Numbered from the stretch's first letter, positions 1-10,252 are shown. The stretch is DNA of 64,000 nucleotides from Eubacteriales bacterium (GCA_045644325.1 JAZRGT010000045.1:11295-75294), one strand, 5' to 3'. Numbers and translations are program-made. The notes: a model not told the origin generated them from the letters alone.

Positions 1-744
1 TTCGGGCGATGAAAGATTCTCTCCCGAGCAGAGTCCGACTCGAATAACGGGAACGCCCGCGCGGTCAAAAATATCAAGCACCGAAGCAGTTCTCTCGATC
101 GCATCCTCTATCGAAAGCGGCGCATACCGTCCGTCCGCCGACATTTCAGCAAGCTCCGTATCGGCAAAGACCACCGTCGGGTAGACTCTTGCGCCGTCCG
201 CGCCGAGGCGGCATATCTCCCTTGCGGTTTCGACTTCATCTTCAACTGTTGATGCGGGAAGTCCAATCATCATTTGTCCGATCAGCTTAAAGCCGTATGC
301 TTTGATAAGCCTGCACGCGTTGTGGGTTATCTCGGACGTGTGTCCTCTTTTTGAAGCGGTCAGAACCGTATCCGACACGCTTTGTATGCCGAGCTCAACT
401 GTATTGACGTGATGAGCCGCAAGGATATCAAGTATCTCGCCGTCTATATAATCGGGACGCGTTGAGCATCTGACCGACTGCACTCTGCCGTCTGCTACGA
501 ATTTATCCGAGATATCGAGAAGCCTCAGCATCAGATCCCGATCAATGCCGGTAAACGAGCCGCCGAAGAAGGCGATCTCGACCTCATCCCGGGGACAAAG
601 AGTTGAAAGTACCGTTTTGATATCCCTTTCAACGCCCGATTCATCGAATGAAACGCATCCCGATATCTTGCGCTGATCACAGAAAACACAATTATTCGGG
701 CATCCGAGATGCGGAATGAACACGGGAATATTAACGTGTCGCAC
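1..744 (-). CDS. Elp3/MiaB-like radical SAM protein (3' end truncated by window edge)
   Basis: GTG start at 744 after AAGGAG; reads VRHVNIPVFIPHLGCPNNCVFCDQ (CxxxCxxC) and AFFGGSFTG, CSTRPD; this family usually sits downstream of rnc in Clostridia. Confidence 0.85.
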   Translation of the reverse strand, partial: MRHVNIPVFIPHLGCPNNCVFCDQRKISGCVSFDESGVERDIKTVLSTLCPRDEVEIAFFGGSFTGIDRDLMLRLLDISDKFVADGRVQSVRCSTRPDYIDGEILDILAAHHVNTVELGIQSVSDTVLTASKRGHTSEITHNACRLIKAYGFKLIGQMMIGLPASTVEDEVETAREICRLGADGARVYPTVVFADTELAEMSADGRYAPLSIEDAIERTASVLDIFDRAGVPVIRVGLCSGENLSSPE

Positions 745-784
745 TAATCTTTCTCCTTTCTGAATATTGGCAATTTATTTTATA

Positions 785-959
785 ATAAAATCCGTTTTTT
801 CGGCGGCTTTGCCGACCGAAAAAACACCTTTCAGGCGAGCCAAGCGAGCCCGCGCGCCGAGGGGGGAGCAAGCAAAAATCCACGATTTTTGCTTGCGGCG
901 ATAAGCGCGCGAATCCCCGCCGCGCGGTTTTCAATCGCAAAACGCAGTTTTGCGATTGA
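785..959. repeat. Structured dispersed repeat, copy 1 (multi-hairpin; inverted homolog at 33206-33360)
   Basis: Aligns by eye to the reverse complement of 33206-33360; contains perfect 13-bp stems GCAAGCAAAAATC-cac-GATTTTTGCTTGC and TCAATCGCAAAAC-gca-GTTTTGCGATTGA. Confidence 0.85.
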
Positions 960-962
960 GTT

Positions 963-1006
963 AAAAAAACACTTTTGCAGGGTGAATCGAAAAATCCACC
1001 CTGCGA
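963..1006 (-). terminator. Probable intrinsic terminator after rnc
   Basis: GCAGGGTG...CACCCTGC stem, with a T-run downstream on the minus strand. Confidence 0.5.
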
Positions 1007-1014
1007 ATATAAAA

Positions 1015-1734
1015 TTATAGCTCTCCGAAGAGAATGAGCGCTTGCTTTGCCGCAGCTTGCTCTGCCGCGCGCTTGGTAGCGCCCTCTCCCGTTCCGATTA
1101 TGTTGGAGTTGAGACGCGCCTCGACCGTAAAGACCTTAGCGTGGTCGGGACCTCTTTCACCGACGGTCACGTATTCAAGGATCTCTCCCTCGGAGCGCTG
1201 AATGAACTGCTGGAGCAGGGTTTTATAGTCTGCGCCGTGCCATTCGGCAAGAAGGACCTCGAGACGTGATTCCACAAGCGGCATAAGGTAATTTCTGATC
1301 GAATCCTTTGCCTCGTTATTTGCTCCCGCATCAAGATAAACTGCGGCAAGCAGAGCCTCAAATGCATCGGCAAGGATGGACTTTCTCTCGCGGCCGCCGC
1401 CTCTTTCCTCTCCCTTACCGAGAAGAAGAACGGATCCGAGACCTATCTTGCCCGCATATTCTGCAAGAGCCTTCTCGCAGACAAGCTCGGCTCTCATACG
1501 GGTAAGATCACCCTCGGGATGGTCGAAAAACTTGCGAAAAAGATATTCCGCAGTTATTGATGACAGTACAGCGTCACCGAGGAATTCAAGGCGTTCGTTG
1601 CACTTATGTTTTTTTATTCCGCCGTGCTCATTGGCGTAGGAGGAATGCGTTAGAGCTTCCTCGAGCAGAGATCGGTCATTGAAGCAATAACCGATCTTCG
1701 ACTCAAGCGCGGCTGTATTTACCGTATCGAACAC
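1015..1734 (-). CDS. rnc: Ribonuclease III
   Basis: ALTHSSY, NERLEFLGDAVL, LADAFEAL, C-terminal dsRBD (DYKTLLQ...AEQAAA). Confidence 0.97.
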   Translation of the reverse strand: MFDTVNTAALESKIGYCFNDRSLLEEALTHSSYANEHGGIKKHKCNERLEFLGDAVLSSITAEYLFRKFFDHPEGDLTRMRAELVCEKALAEYAGKIGLGSVLLLGKGEERGGGRERKSILADAFEALLAAVYLDAGANNEAKDSIRNYLMPLVESRLEVLLAEWHGADYKTLLQQFIQRSEGEILEYVTVGERGPDHAKVFTVEARLNSNIIGTGEGATKRAAEQAAAKQALILFGEL

Positions 1735-1755
1735 GATACCATATTCTCACTTTCG

Positions 1756-2799
1756 TTATTTTTCAACTTTTTTCGCAGCCGTTTCCTCGGCGTGAGCCGT
1801 GGCAGACGGTGTAAACAGCTTGGTTTCGCGAGCGATATTATATATCACACCCGAATCGGCATAGGCAATTGCCTGTCTGATCGCATTTTTGACCGCCTTG
1901 GCGTTTGATGAGCCGTGTGCCTTGATAACGGGCTTCGAGATGCCGAGGATAGGCGCGCCGCCGTATTCGTTGGGGTCAAAGCGAGCCTTGACGTCACCTA
2001 TCTTTTTCTTGATAAGCAAGCCCGAGAGCTTAGCCATAATATCGGCGTAGAAGATATCCTTCATCGTGCGAAGCATCATCTTACCCATGCCCTCTATGCA
2101 TTTAAGCAGGACATTGCCGGTAAAGCCGTCGGTAACGAGAACGTCGCAGGCATCCTTCGGAACCATATTCGCCTCGATATTTCCGACGAAATTAAGCGAG
2201 GGCGAATCCGAAAGGAGCTTATACGCTTCAAGCTGAAGCTCTGTTCCCTTGGTTTCCTCCGCGCCGTTGTTCAACAGTCCTATGCGTGGAGCGGAAAGGG
2301 AGTATATCTTATGCATATAGATACTGCCCATAATTGCAAACTGCTCGAGATCAGCGGGAGTTACAGATATATTCGCGCCGGAATCAAGGAGAAGCACAGG
2401 GGGCGACATCGGCAGTATGCTCGCGATCGCAGGGCGTTTTATGCCTTTTATCTTACGGACTATCAGGGTAGCACCCGTGAAAAGCGCACCGGTATTACCC
2501 GTGCTGACAAGTGCATCACCCTTGCCCTCGGCAAGCATCGTTAGCGCGACGTTCATACTCGAATCCTTCTTTGCCTTCATAACGGCAAGAGGCGGATCGG
2601 TCATTTCAACGGTTACGGGAGCGTCCACTATATCGAAACGGCGCAGATCCATACCTTCGGCATCGGAAATACGAAGTATTTCTGCCTTATCGCCGACGAG
2701 TATGAAATTAGCATTATATTCGAGCGAAGCGGCATAAGCGCCCTTGACGACCTCAAGTGGTGCACGGTCTCCGCCCATACAGTCAACAATTACTATCAT
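1756..2799 (-). CDS. plsX: Phosphate acyltransferase PlsX
   Basis: [34 protein letters not shown] motifs. Confidence 0.96.
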   Translation of the reverse strand: MIVIVDCMGGDRAPLEVVKGAYAASLEYNANFILVGDKAEILRISDAEGMDLRRFDIVDAPVTVEMTDPPLAVMKAKKDSSMNVALTMLAEGKGDALVSTGNTGALFTGATLIVRKIKGIKRPAIASILPMSPPVLLLDSGANISVTPADLEQFAIMGSIYMHKIYSLSAPRIGLLNNGAEETKGTELQLEAYKLLSDSPSLNFVGNIEANMVPKDACDVLVTDGFTGNVLLKCIEGMGKMMLRTMKDIFYADIMAKLSGLLIKKKIGDVKARFDPNEYGGAPILGISKPVIKAHGSSNAKAVKNAIRQAIAYADSGVIYNIARETKLFTPSATAHAEETAAKKVEK

Positions 2800-4154
2800 T
2801 TCTCTTCTCCGTCGGGTTTCTGCCCGAAGTTCTTTATCGCGGCGAGCGCTCTCTCCGCATAAACGGTATATCTCGCCATCTTACCACCCTTGACCTTGTA
2901 GCCGAGAGGCGCGATGATACCGAAGTTTGCATTCATAGGTGTAAAGCTTCCCGTCCCTCCGCGAGAAACGTATGCCGCCATAGCGCCTATCATCGTCTCC
3001 TCGGGGAACAGCACATTCTCCTTGCCGAGTGCAAGGTGTGCGGCGTTTAGTCCGGCAACAAGTCCCGAGCCCGCAGATTCGATATATCCCTCAACACCCG
3101 TCATCTGTCCCGCGAAGAAAACTCCGGGGCGTGAGAGGAGCGAATAATCGGCTCCGAGCATACCGGGGGAATTGAGGTAGGTGTTTCTGTGCATTATACC
3201 GTAGCGCAAAAATTCAGCGTTTTCAAGTCCGGGGATCATTGAAAATACGCGCTTTTGCTCGGGGAATGCAAGATGTGTCTGAAATCCTACGAGGTTATAC
3301 ATGCTTCCGTGCTCATCCTCGCGGCGGAGCTGAACTACTGCGTGGTAGCACTTTACCTCGGGATGGCGGGGATCGTTAAGTCCAACGGGTTTGAGCGGAC
3401 CGAAAAGGAGGGTGTCCCTTCCTCTCTTCGCCATAACCTCGACGGGCATACAGCCCTCGAAGACCTTGAGCTCCTTCTGCGCTTCCTTATCGAAATCGTG
3501 AAGCTCCGCCTCGCGTGCCGTTACGAGGGCATCGTAAAAGGCATCGTACTGCTCCTTGGTCATAGGACAGTTGAGGTAATCCGCATCGCCCTTATCGTAT
3601 CTCGACGCGAAGAAAGCAATATCGGTATTGATGCTTTCGGCGTCAACGATCGGTGCGGCAGCATCGAAGAAATGAAGACCGGGGCAACCGAGCTCGGTTC
3701 TGATATAATCAGCCATAGCATCGCTTGTGAGAGGACCTGTTGCAATAACGGTGATCTCTCCCTCGGGCAGTGAGGTCACTTCCTCTTCGATGACCTCGAT
3801 ATTGGGATTAGAGCGTATTTTTTCGGTAATGTATTCGGAAAACTTTACTCTGTCAACGGCGAGAGCAGAACCCGCGGGAACACGTGTGGCATCAGCCGCT
3901 TCGAGTATGAGCGAGGAAAGGTGACGCATTTCCTCTTTGAGAAGTCCTACTGCGTTGGTAACACTGTCCGAGCGAAGCGAATTCGAGCAAACGAGCTCGG
4001 CAAAGCTCTCGCTTTTGTGGGCGGGAGACATTTTCTTTGGCTTCATTTCGTAAAGCCTTACCTTAACGCCGAGGCGCGCGGCTTGCCAAGCCGCTTCACA
4101 GCCGGCAAGACCCGCACCGAGGACATTTATAATCTTTGGCATTTCGCCTGTCAT
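2796..4154 (-). CDS. trmFO: Methylenetetrahydrofolate-tRNA-(uracil-54)-methyltransferase TrmFO
   Basis: [37 protein letters not shown]; downstream of topA as usual. Confidence 0.96.
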   Translation of the reverse strand: MTGEMPKIINVLGAGLAGCEAAWQAARLGVKVRLYEMKPKKMSPAHKSESFAELVCSNSLRSDSVTNAVGLLKEEMRHLSSLILEAADATRVPAGSALAVDRVKFSEYITEKIRSNPNIEVIEEEVTSLPEGEITVIATGPLTSDAMADYIRTELGCPGLHFFDAAAPIVDAESINTDIAFFASRYDKGDADYLNCPMTKEQYDAFYDALVTAREAELHDFDKEAQKELKVFEGCMPVEVMAKRGRDTLLFGPLKPVGLNDPRHPEVKCYHAVVQLRREDEHGSMYNLVGFQTHLAFPEQKRVFSMIPGLENAEFLRYGIMHRNTYLNSPGMLGADYSLLSRPGVFFAGQMTGVEGYIESAGSGLVAGLNAAHLALGKENVLFPEETMIGAMAAYVSRGGTGSFTPMNANFGIIAPLGYKVKGGKMARYTVYAERALAAIKNFGQKPDGEEK

Positions 4155-4186
4155 ATCAGTTAAATTCCTTTTTCGTTATTACCCGA

Positions 4187-6562
4187 TCAGAACGGTACGT
4201 CACCGTCATCGGGAGGAGGAGGCATATCGAGCGGAGAGATCGGAGATTCGGGCAAGGCATCGTTATCCGCGGGGATATAATCGTACTTTTCCTCGGTAAC
4301 CGGCTCTTCCTTGACGTATCCGCACGTCTTGTTCTTGCAAAGCAATGCACCGGGACGCGACTTCTTCTTATAGAGTATCTCGCCGCAATCGGGGCACTTT
4401 TCGGGCGTGGGAAGATCCCAGCTCGACCAATCGCACTCGGGGTATTTTTCGCAGCTGTAGAACTGACTGCGGTTTCTGCCCTGACGGACGAGAATAGCTG
4501 ATCCGCACTTGGGGCAGGCAACGCCCTCGAGCTTATTCTGCTGCTGCTTGATAAACTTACACTTGGGGTAGTTAGCGCAAGCAAAGAAGCTTCCGTATCT
4601 TCCGTGACGCTCTACCATATCACCGCCGCAGACCTCGCACTTGAAATCGGCAACGACAACGGGCTTTTTCTCGGTCTGCTTATTGGCATCGAGAGGCTTG
4701 GTGTTCTTGCACTCGGGATAGTTCGGGCAAGCGGCGAATTTACCGAATCTGCCCGACTTAACGATCATCTTCGCGCCGCACTTGTCGCAGATGATGTCGG
4801 TCTCCTCAACGATAGCGGGAGCGGTTTCGTATACGCTCTTCTTCTCTGCCGCCGAAAGCTCGCGCTCAAAGCCCTCCCAGAATTCGCGGAGGACGTCGAT
4901 CATATCAGTCTCGCCTGCTTCGATCTCATCGAGCTGGCTTTCCATTCTTGCGGTAAATTTATAGTCAACGATGTCGGCAAAGTCCTCCTTCATCATCGCC
5001 GTGGTGACCTCACCGAGTTCGGTGGGAACGAGAGCCTTGCCCTCGCGCTTGACATAGTCGCGGGAGATAATAGTGGTGATGGTGGGAGGAATGGTGCTGG
5101 GACGTCCGATGCCCTTTTCTTCAAGAGCCTTGATAAGGCTTGCCTCGTTATATCTTGCGGGAGGCTCGGTGAAGTGCTTTGCACGGTCAACATCGACGCA
5201 GGGCAGAATCTGTCCCTCGGTGATATTCGGGATCTTGAAGTTCTTTATATCGTCGGGATCATCCGCCTTCTTTGCGGTCTCATCCGCGCTTTCCTCATAA
5301 ACTGCCATATAGCCCTGGAAAGCGACGGTATATCCGCCGGTACGGAAAAGATGTCCCGCAGACTCAAAATCAATATTGAGAGTATCGAGCCTTGCGGACT
5401 CCATCTGGCTTGCTACGAAGCGTTCCCAGATAAGCTTATAGAGCTTGAACTGATCGGGGGTGAGATAGGGCTTGATCTGCGCGGGGAGGAGCGCGACTCT
5501 TGCGGGTCTGATCGCTTCGTGCGCATCCTGAGCGTTAGCCTTGGTTTTATAAACTCTGGGGGTGGAGGGACAGAAGTTCTCACCGTATTTCTCGGTGATA
5601 AATTCGCGAGCCGCCTCCTGCGCCTCTGCGGCGATACGGAGAGAGTCGGTACGCATATAGGTGATGATACCCTGCGCGCCGCCGTTTGCGGTGCCGAGAT
5701 TGATGCCTTCATAAAGCTCCTGCGCGGTGCGCATAGTTCTGCCGGATTGGAATCCGAGCTTTCTTGCGGCTTCCTGAAGCATTGTGGAGGTGGTAAAGGG
5801 CGGTGCGGGAGTCTTGTACTTAACGCCTCTCTTGACCGACTTTACGTTCATATTCTTACCGAGAACGGCGTCAACGACAGCCTTTGCCTCGGCTTCGTTG
5901 TGAAGCTTGACCTTATTACCCGTTGCGGCGTCACCGTAGTATCTCACCTCAACGATATTACCATCCGCATTGAGCTTTGCGGAAACGGTCCAGTATTCCT
6001 CGGGGATGAATGCGCGGATCTCCTCCTCGCGCTCAACGACAAGTCGGGTTGCAACCGACTGTACGCGTCCCGCGGAAAGGCCGTGCTTAACTCTCTTCCA
6101 AAGCAGAGGGGAGAGCTTGTATCCGACGATACGGTCGAGGATACGGCGCGACTGCTGCGCATTGACGAGATTGATATCGATTGTGCGGGGCTGCTTGATG
6201 GAAGCCTTGATCGCGGTCTTGGTGATCTCGTTGAAGGTTACTCTTTTGAGCTTATCGTCGGGAATTTCAAGTGCTGCCGCGAGATGCCAGGAGATAGCCT
6301 CTCCCTCGCGGTCAGGGTCAGTTGCGAGAAAGACGGTCTTTGCCGCCTTCGCTTCCTTTTTGAGCTCCTTGATAAGGTCGCCCTTACCGCGGATGTTGAT
6401 ATATTTGGGAGTAAAATCGTTTTCAATATCAATTGCGAAGGTGGACTTGGGCAGATCGCGCACATGTCCCTTCGACGCTACTATTTTATAATTTGAACCG
6501 AGACACGCCTGAATGGTGTGTGCCTTTGAAGGCGACTCGATTATTACCAGATTCTTAGCCAT
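4187..6562 (-). CDS. topA: DNA topoisomerase I with zinc ribbons and an acidic Pro-rich tail
   Basis: LVIIESPSKA, ATDPDREGEAI, SAGRVQS, ITYMRTDS active-site Tyr, repeated CxxC ribbons. Confidence 0.97.
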   Translation of the reverse strand: MAKNLVIIESPSKAHTIQACLGSNYKIVASKGHVRDLPKSTFAIDIENDFTPKYINIRGKGDLIKELKKEAKAAKTVFLATDPDREGEAISWHLAAALEIPDDKLKRVTFNEITKTAIKASIKQPRTIDINLVNAQQSRRILDRIVGYKLSPLLWKRVKHGLSAGRVQSVATRLVVEREEEIRAFIPEEYWTVSAKLNADGNIVEVRYYGDAATGNKVKLHNEAEAKAVVDAVLGKNMNVKSVKRGVKYKTPAPPFTTSTMLQEAARKLGFQSGRTMRTAQELYEGINLGTANGGAQGIITYMRTDSLRIAAEAQEAAREFITEKYGENFCPSTPRVYKTKANAQDAHEAIRPARVALLPAQIKPYLTPDQFKLYKLIWERFVASQMESARLDTLNIDFESAGHLFRTGGYTVAFQGYMAVYEESADETAKKADDPDDIKNFKIPNITEGQILPCVDVDRAKHFTEPPARYNEASLIKALEEKGIGRPSTIPPTITTIISRDYVKREGKALVPTELGEVTTAMMKEDFADIVDYKFTARMESQLDEIEAGETDMIDVLREFWEGFERELSAAEKKSVYETAPAIVEETDIICDKCGAKMIVKSGRFGKFAACPNYPECKNTKPLDANKQTEKKPVVVADFKCEVCGGDMVERHGRYGSFFACANYPKCKFIKQQQNKLEGVACPKCGSAILVRQGRNRSQFYSCEKYPECDWSSWDLPTPEKCPDCGEILYKKKSRPGALLCKNKTCGYVKEEPVTEEKYDYIPADNDALPESPISPLDMPPPPDDGDVPF

Positions 6563-6653
6563 ACGACTGAAGTGTTCCTTTCAAAATAGGTTTCGTGCAA
6601 AAATGCCTATTTTATATTGTATACTGTTTTTTTTCGCTTGTCAAGAGGGAAAT

Positions 6654-7961
6654 TCAAAATTTTCTCAAATAAGTTCCACCCGGAGTCGAGATTACGTATC
6701 CCATAACCTCAAGCATCGCTATGTGAGCCATCAGTTTTCCGGGAGAAAGCTCGAAGCGCGCAAAGAAATCCGCGCTTACGGGAGTGCCCACGGGCATCGA
6801 CTCGTATATCTCGCCGACTATACCCGAGGGGCGGGGTGCCGAGTTTTTTTCGGATGTCGGCTCTTCTCGCGGCTGCTGCTCCTTCTCCCTTGCCTTACCG
6901 GGAGCGGATGACTTTTTCACATCCTTTTTGGGAGGCATCGGCTGTTCAAAGCCGCCGATATCCTCGCGGGGTGCGGGCTCGGAAACGTAAGCCGCGGGCG
7001 CAACCCCGTAGCGGGCGAGGATGCCGATATCAAGGTCGGAATTGAGCTCCGCCTCTGCAAGCCTATCGAGATCGATACCGTCTATTCCTCTGACTCCGAT
7101 GATATCGCGCGCACAAAGAGCAACTCTCGCGCCGTCGCGGATAAGTGCATTCGTGCCGAGGGCATTGCTTACGCCGACGTTACCCGGGATCGCAAAAATA
7201 TCGCGCCCTTGCTTGATTGCCTCGCGTGCGGTCAGCATCGAGCCGCTGTTCGGATTACCCTCGATAACGAGAGTAGAACGCGAAAGTCCGCTGATTATTC
7301 TGTTACGAAGCGGAAAGTTTCCGCTCATAGGGGGAGTTCCGGGAGCGTATTCGCTGACGAGCGCACCGCGCTCCGCGATAAGTCCCATCAAGGTTCTGTG
7401 AGTTTTAGGATAAATTTTATCAAGTCCGCATCCGAGAACTGCAACGGTATCCCCGCCCGCCTCAAGTGCGCCTACGTGCGCCATACCGTCAACTCCGAGT
7501 GCCATTCCGCTGACTACCGCCGCGCCAGAAGCGGCGAGCTCGTAAGCTATTTTATACGCCATCCTCATACCGTATTCGCTCATATTGCGCGTGCCGACAA
7601 CAGCGGTGGAATATTCGTTTTCCACATTCTTGAGTGAGCCCTTGACGTAAAGGGCGTAGGGAGGATTTTGAATCGACGAAAGGCGTTCGGGATAATCACG
7701 CTCGCCGTTTATAAGAAGTCTGATATCCTTTTTAACGCAAAATTCCGCCACATCGTTTGCGCGACGCAGATCCTTTTTGCCGAGTGCCGCGATGAGCCTG
7801 TCGCTGATACCTATCCGCTCAAGCTCCCCGACTTCGGCGCGGTAAACCTCATAAGCTGTGGAATAATGCTCAAAAAGCTTTTCGTAAGCCTTTGATCCCG
7901 CGAAAATACAGGTAGTAAGCCATATTTCGTAAAGTACGCTTTCTTTTGTGAAATCGCTCAT
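6654..7961 (-). CDS. dprA: DNA-processing protein DprA
   Basis: AVVGTR, VSGMALGVDG, FPLRNRIISGLS, GSMLTA; ATG at 7961 with GGAGG; dprA-topA synteny. Confidence 0.94.
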   Translation of the reverse strand: MSDFTKESVLYEIWLTTCIFAGSKAYEKLFEHYSTAYEVYRAEVGELERIGISDRLIAALGKKDLRRANDVAEFCVKKDIRLLINGERDYPERLSSIQNPPYALYVKGSLKNVENEYSTAVVGTRNMSEYGMRMAYKIAYELAASGAAVVSGMALGVDGMAHVGALEAGGDTVAVLGCGLDKIYPKTHRTLMGLIAERGALVSEYAPGTPPMSGNFPLRNRIISGLSRSTLVIEGNPNSGSMLTAREAIKQGRDIFAIPGNVGVSNALGTNALIRDGARVALCARDIIGVRGIDGIDLDRLAEAELNSDLDIGILARYGVAPAAYVSEPAPREDIGGFEQPMPPKKDVKKSSAPGKAREKEQQPREEPTSEKNSAPRPSGIVGEIYESMPVGTPVSADFFARFELSPGKLMAHIAMLEVMGYVISTPGGTYLRKF

Positions 7962-7980
7962 AGCCACGCCTCCGTTCGTT

Positions 7981-8817
7981 TTACTTCGATGATAAATCCG
8001 AAATTCTTCTCTGCTCCCACATAAACACCGACGCCGCGGTTGCCGCGTTGAGCGACTCAACGCCTCTTCCGGTGTTTATCGGAAGAATGACCGAAACGTC
8101 GGACGCTTCTACAGCCGCGCGGCTGAGTCCGTGTCCTTCGTTACCGATCAGGATGATATCATTGCCGTTGAGCGCGGCTTTATCGACCGCGACCGCCTCT
8201 GTATCGAGAATCGCAGCAAGCACGCGACGCCCCGAGCAGGAAAATCTCGAGAGTGCCTCCGGGAGATCATCGCAAAAGAGGATCTCGCGAGAAAAGATAG
8301 CTCCCATAGCTCCGCGCAGTGTCTTGGGATTGTATATGTCCGCGCAATCCGACGAAAGAAGGAGGGTATCAACGCCGAAAGCAGATGCAGATCGAATGAC
8401 CGTTCCGAGGTTGCCGGGATCACGCATGGATTCAAACGCCATTATTCTTTTGTCTGAGGAGGCAAGCGCGGCAATATCGGACGGATCGAGCGTTTTATGG
8501 ATCTTATCAAGATATCTGACAACCGCAATTATTCCGTCGGGCGCCTTCTCGTCGGTGATCTTTGAGAAAACGTCGGGAGAAAGCAGTACCGCTCTGATAC
8601 CCGCCGACTGAACCTCGGGAAGATACCGTTCAGCCTTATCGGAGCATATTGCAACGAGATCGATCTTCGCGCCGCAATTTACGGCTTCGCGGAAGAGCTT
8701 ATGTCCGTCTATACGGAAAAGACGGCTCTTTCTGCGCTCCTTTTTATCAAGAAGAGCGGCGAGCTCGCGGACGGTTGGGTTTTGTCTTGACGTAATTATT
8801 TCTTTGCCGAATAGCAT
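7981..8817 (-). CDS. TrmH/SpoU family RNA methyltransferase
   Basis: DPGNLGTVIRSA, IGNEGHGLS, ESLNAATA; follows rplT as in many Firmicutes. Confidence 0.92.
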   Translation of the reverse strand: MLFGKEIITSRQNPTVRELAALLDKKERRKSRLFRIDGHKLFREAVNCGAKIDLVAICSDKAERYLPEVQSAGIRAVLLSPDVFSKITDEKAPDGIIAVVRYLDKIHKTLDPSDIAALASSDKRIMAFESMRDPGNLGTVIRSASAFGVDTLLLSSDCADIYNPKTLRGAMGAIFSREILFCDDLPEALSRFSCSGRRVLAAILDTEAVAVDKAALNGNDIILIGNEGHGLSRAAVEASDVSVILPINTGRGVESLNAATAASVFMWEQRRISDLSSK

Positions 8818-8937
8818 TCTACGCGCCTCCTTTTCGGTCGTTTTTTATCGAAATTTATCGAAAATTATAATGTGAAAATACCGAAACAGGGGCTGTTACA
8901 GAGAAAACCTGCATACAGCCCCTATTAATTTAAGTGC

Positions 8938-9291
8938 TTAGAGAGCAGCCTTTGCCTTCTCAACGAGAGCAGCGAAGCCAGTCTTGTCGCTTACTGCGAG
9001 CTCAGCGAGCATCTTGCGGTTGAGATCGATGCCAGCCTTCTTAAGACCGTGCATAAAGGTGGAGTAGTTCATACCGTTGTTCTTAGCCTCAGCCGAGATA
9101 CGGGTGATCCAGAGACGACGGAAGTCTCTCTTCTTGAGCTTACGACCGATGAAAGCGTAGTTACCGCTCTTCATAACGGCCTGCTTAGCCATCTTAAAGT
9201 GCTTGCTCTTTGCGCCCCAGTAACCCTTAGCAGCCTTGAGGACTTTATTTCTTCTCTTGCGCGTCATCATCGCGCCCTTAATTCTTGCCAT
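8938..9291 (-). CDS. rplT: 50S ribosomal protein L20
   Basis: MARIK...AKGYWG...[11 protein letters not shown]...[10 protein letters not shown]. Confidence 0.98.
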   Translation of the reverse strand: MARIKGAMMTRKRRNKVLKAAKGYWGAKSKHFKMAKQAVMKSGNYAFIGRKLKKRDFRRLWITRISAEAKNNGMNYSTFMHGLKKAGIDLNRKMLAELAVSDKTGFAALVEKAKAAL

Positions 9292-9325
9292 TGTTCTTTC
9301 CTCCTAAAATTCTTTCGCGTTCCGA

Positions 9326-9520
9326 TTACTTCTGGATGAGTGCACGGATGTTTGCAGCCATCTTGCCGTTTACGTAATCGCCGGTACGAAGATGTCTCTT
9401 TCTCTTCTGGTCCTTGATGCCGAGCTTGTGGCGGTGATTCGAGTGGTTCATCTTAACCTTGCCGTTTCCGGTAACCGAGAAACGCTTAGCAGAGGCCTTG
9501 TGTGTCTTAACTTTTCCCAT
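9326..9520 (-). CDS. rpmI: 50S ribosomal protein L35
   Basis: MGKVKTHKASAKRF; ATG at 9520 with GGAG; lies between infC and rplT. Confidence 0.96.
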   Translation of the reverse strand: MGKVKTHKASAKRFSVTGNGKVKMNHSNHRHKLGIKDQKRKRHLRTGDYVNGKMAANIRALIQK

Positions 9521-9593
9521 TTTTGTATCTCCTGTTAAATAAAATTTTCGTTTATTCGGCATTTGCCGAGAGCCGCACGTGCGGCGGGATTGC

Positions 9594-10109
9594 TTATTTC
9601 TTGATGGGGTTGACTATCATAGTCATAAGTCTGCCCTCGAGATTGGGAGTCTTATCGACGGTTCCCGCCTCGCTGACAGCCTCGCGGAAGCGCTCAAGGA
9701 TCTCTTTACCGATCTCCTGATGGCTCATTTCACGTCCGCGGAAGCGCAATACGACCTTAACCTTATTGCCTTCACCGAGGAAACGCATCGCGTGCTTGAC
9801 CTTGGTCTCGAAGTCGTGGGTCTCGATACGGCAGGAAAGCTGTACCTCCTTGACCTCGATAATGTTCTGCTTTTTCTTTGCTTCCTTTTCTCTCTTTTCC
9901 TGCTCGTAGCGGTAGCGTCCGTAATCGGCGATGCGACATACGGGAGGCTGTGCGTTGGGGGAAATGAGGATAAGGTCAAGACCCTTATCGTATGCGGTGC
10001 GAAGAGCGTTGTCGGAAGACATAATGCCGATCTGTTCACCGTCGGGTCCGATAACTCGTACTTCTTTAGCCTTGATGGACTCGTTTACGAGTAATTCTTT
10101 TGCAGCTAT
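9594..10109 (-). CDS. infC: Translation initiation factor IF-3, non-canonical ATA start
   Basis: In-frame extension of the ORF-track call: GGAGGTG then ATA GCT GCA AAA GAA TTA CTC GTA AAC GAG (IAAKELLVNESIKAKEVRVIG); PPVCRI, RFRGRE. Confidence 0.93.
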   Translation of the reverse strand: MAAKELLVNESIKAKEVRVIGPDGEQIGIMSSDNALRTAYDKGLDLILISPNAQPPVCRIADYGRYRYEQEKREKEAKKKQNIIEVKEVQLSCRIETHDFETKVKHAMRFLGEGNKVKVVLRFRGREMSHQEIGKEILERFREAVSEAGTVDKTPNLEGRLMTMIVNPIKK

Positions 10110-10127
10110 AACAGCTCACCTCCGAAA

Positions 10128-10252
10128 ATAAAAATAACACGGAAGAAGCTCCGTGTCGCACAAAATCATACCGCGCCCACTATGGGCACAGAAAGAAATT
10201 ATTAACACCTGCGCGCCCTTGCGGCAGGGTGAGAACGGAGTGTTCTTCTTTA
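10128..10252 (-). promoter_or_regulatory. L20 leader (ribosomal protein leader with attenuator)
   Basis: AAGAAGAAC-actcc-GTTCTCACCCTG resembles the Firmicute L20 leader 5' motif; terminator ACACGGA...TCCGTGT-TATTTTT just upstream of the infC SD. Confidence 0.75.

Noticed and set aside
731-940. 69-aa ORF between rnc and the radical SAM gene
   Set aside because: Lies on the palindromic repeat, has no SD, and overlaps the true GTG start in another frame
4604-6496. 630-aa ORF antisense to topA (likewise 30980-33124 opposite valS, 26575-27498, 39390-40352, 54480-55832)
   Set aside because: Shadow ORFs that mirror conserved genes, explained by codon bias depleting reverse-strand stops; no SD and no recognisable motifs
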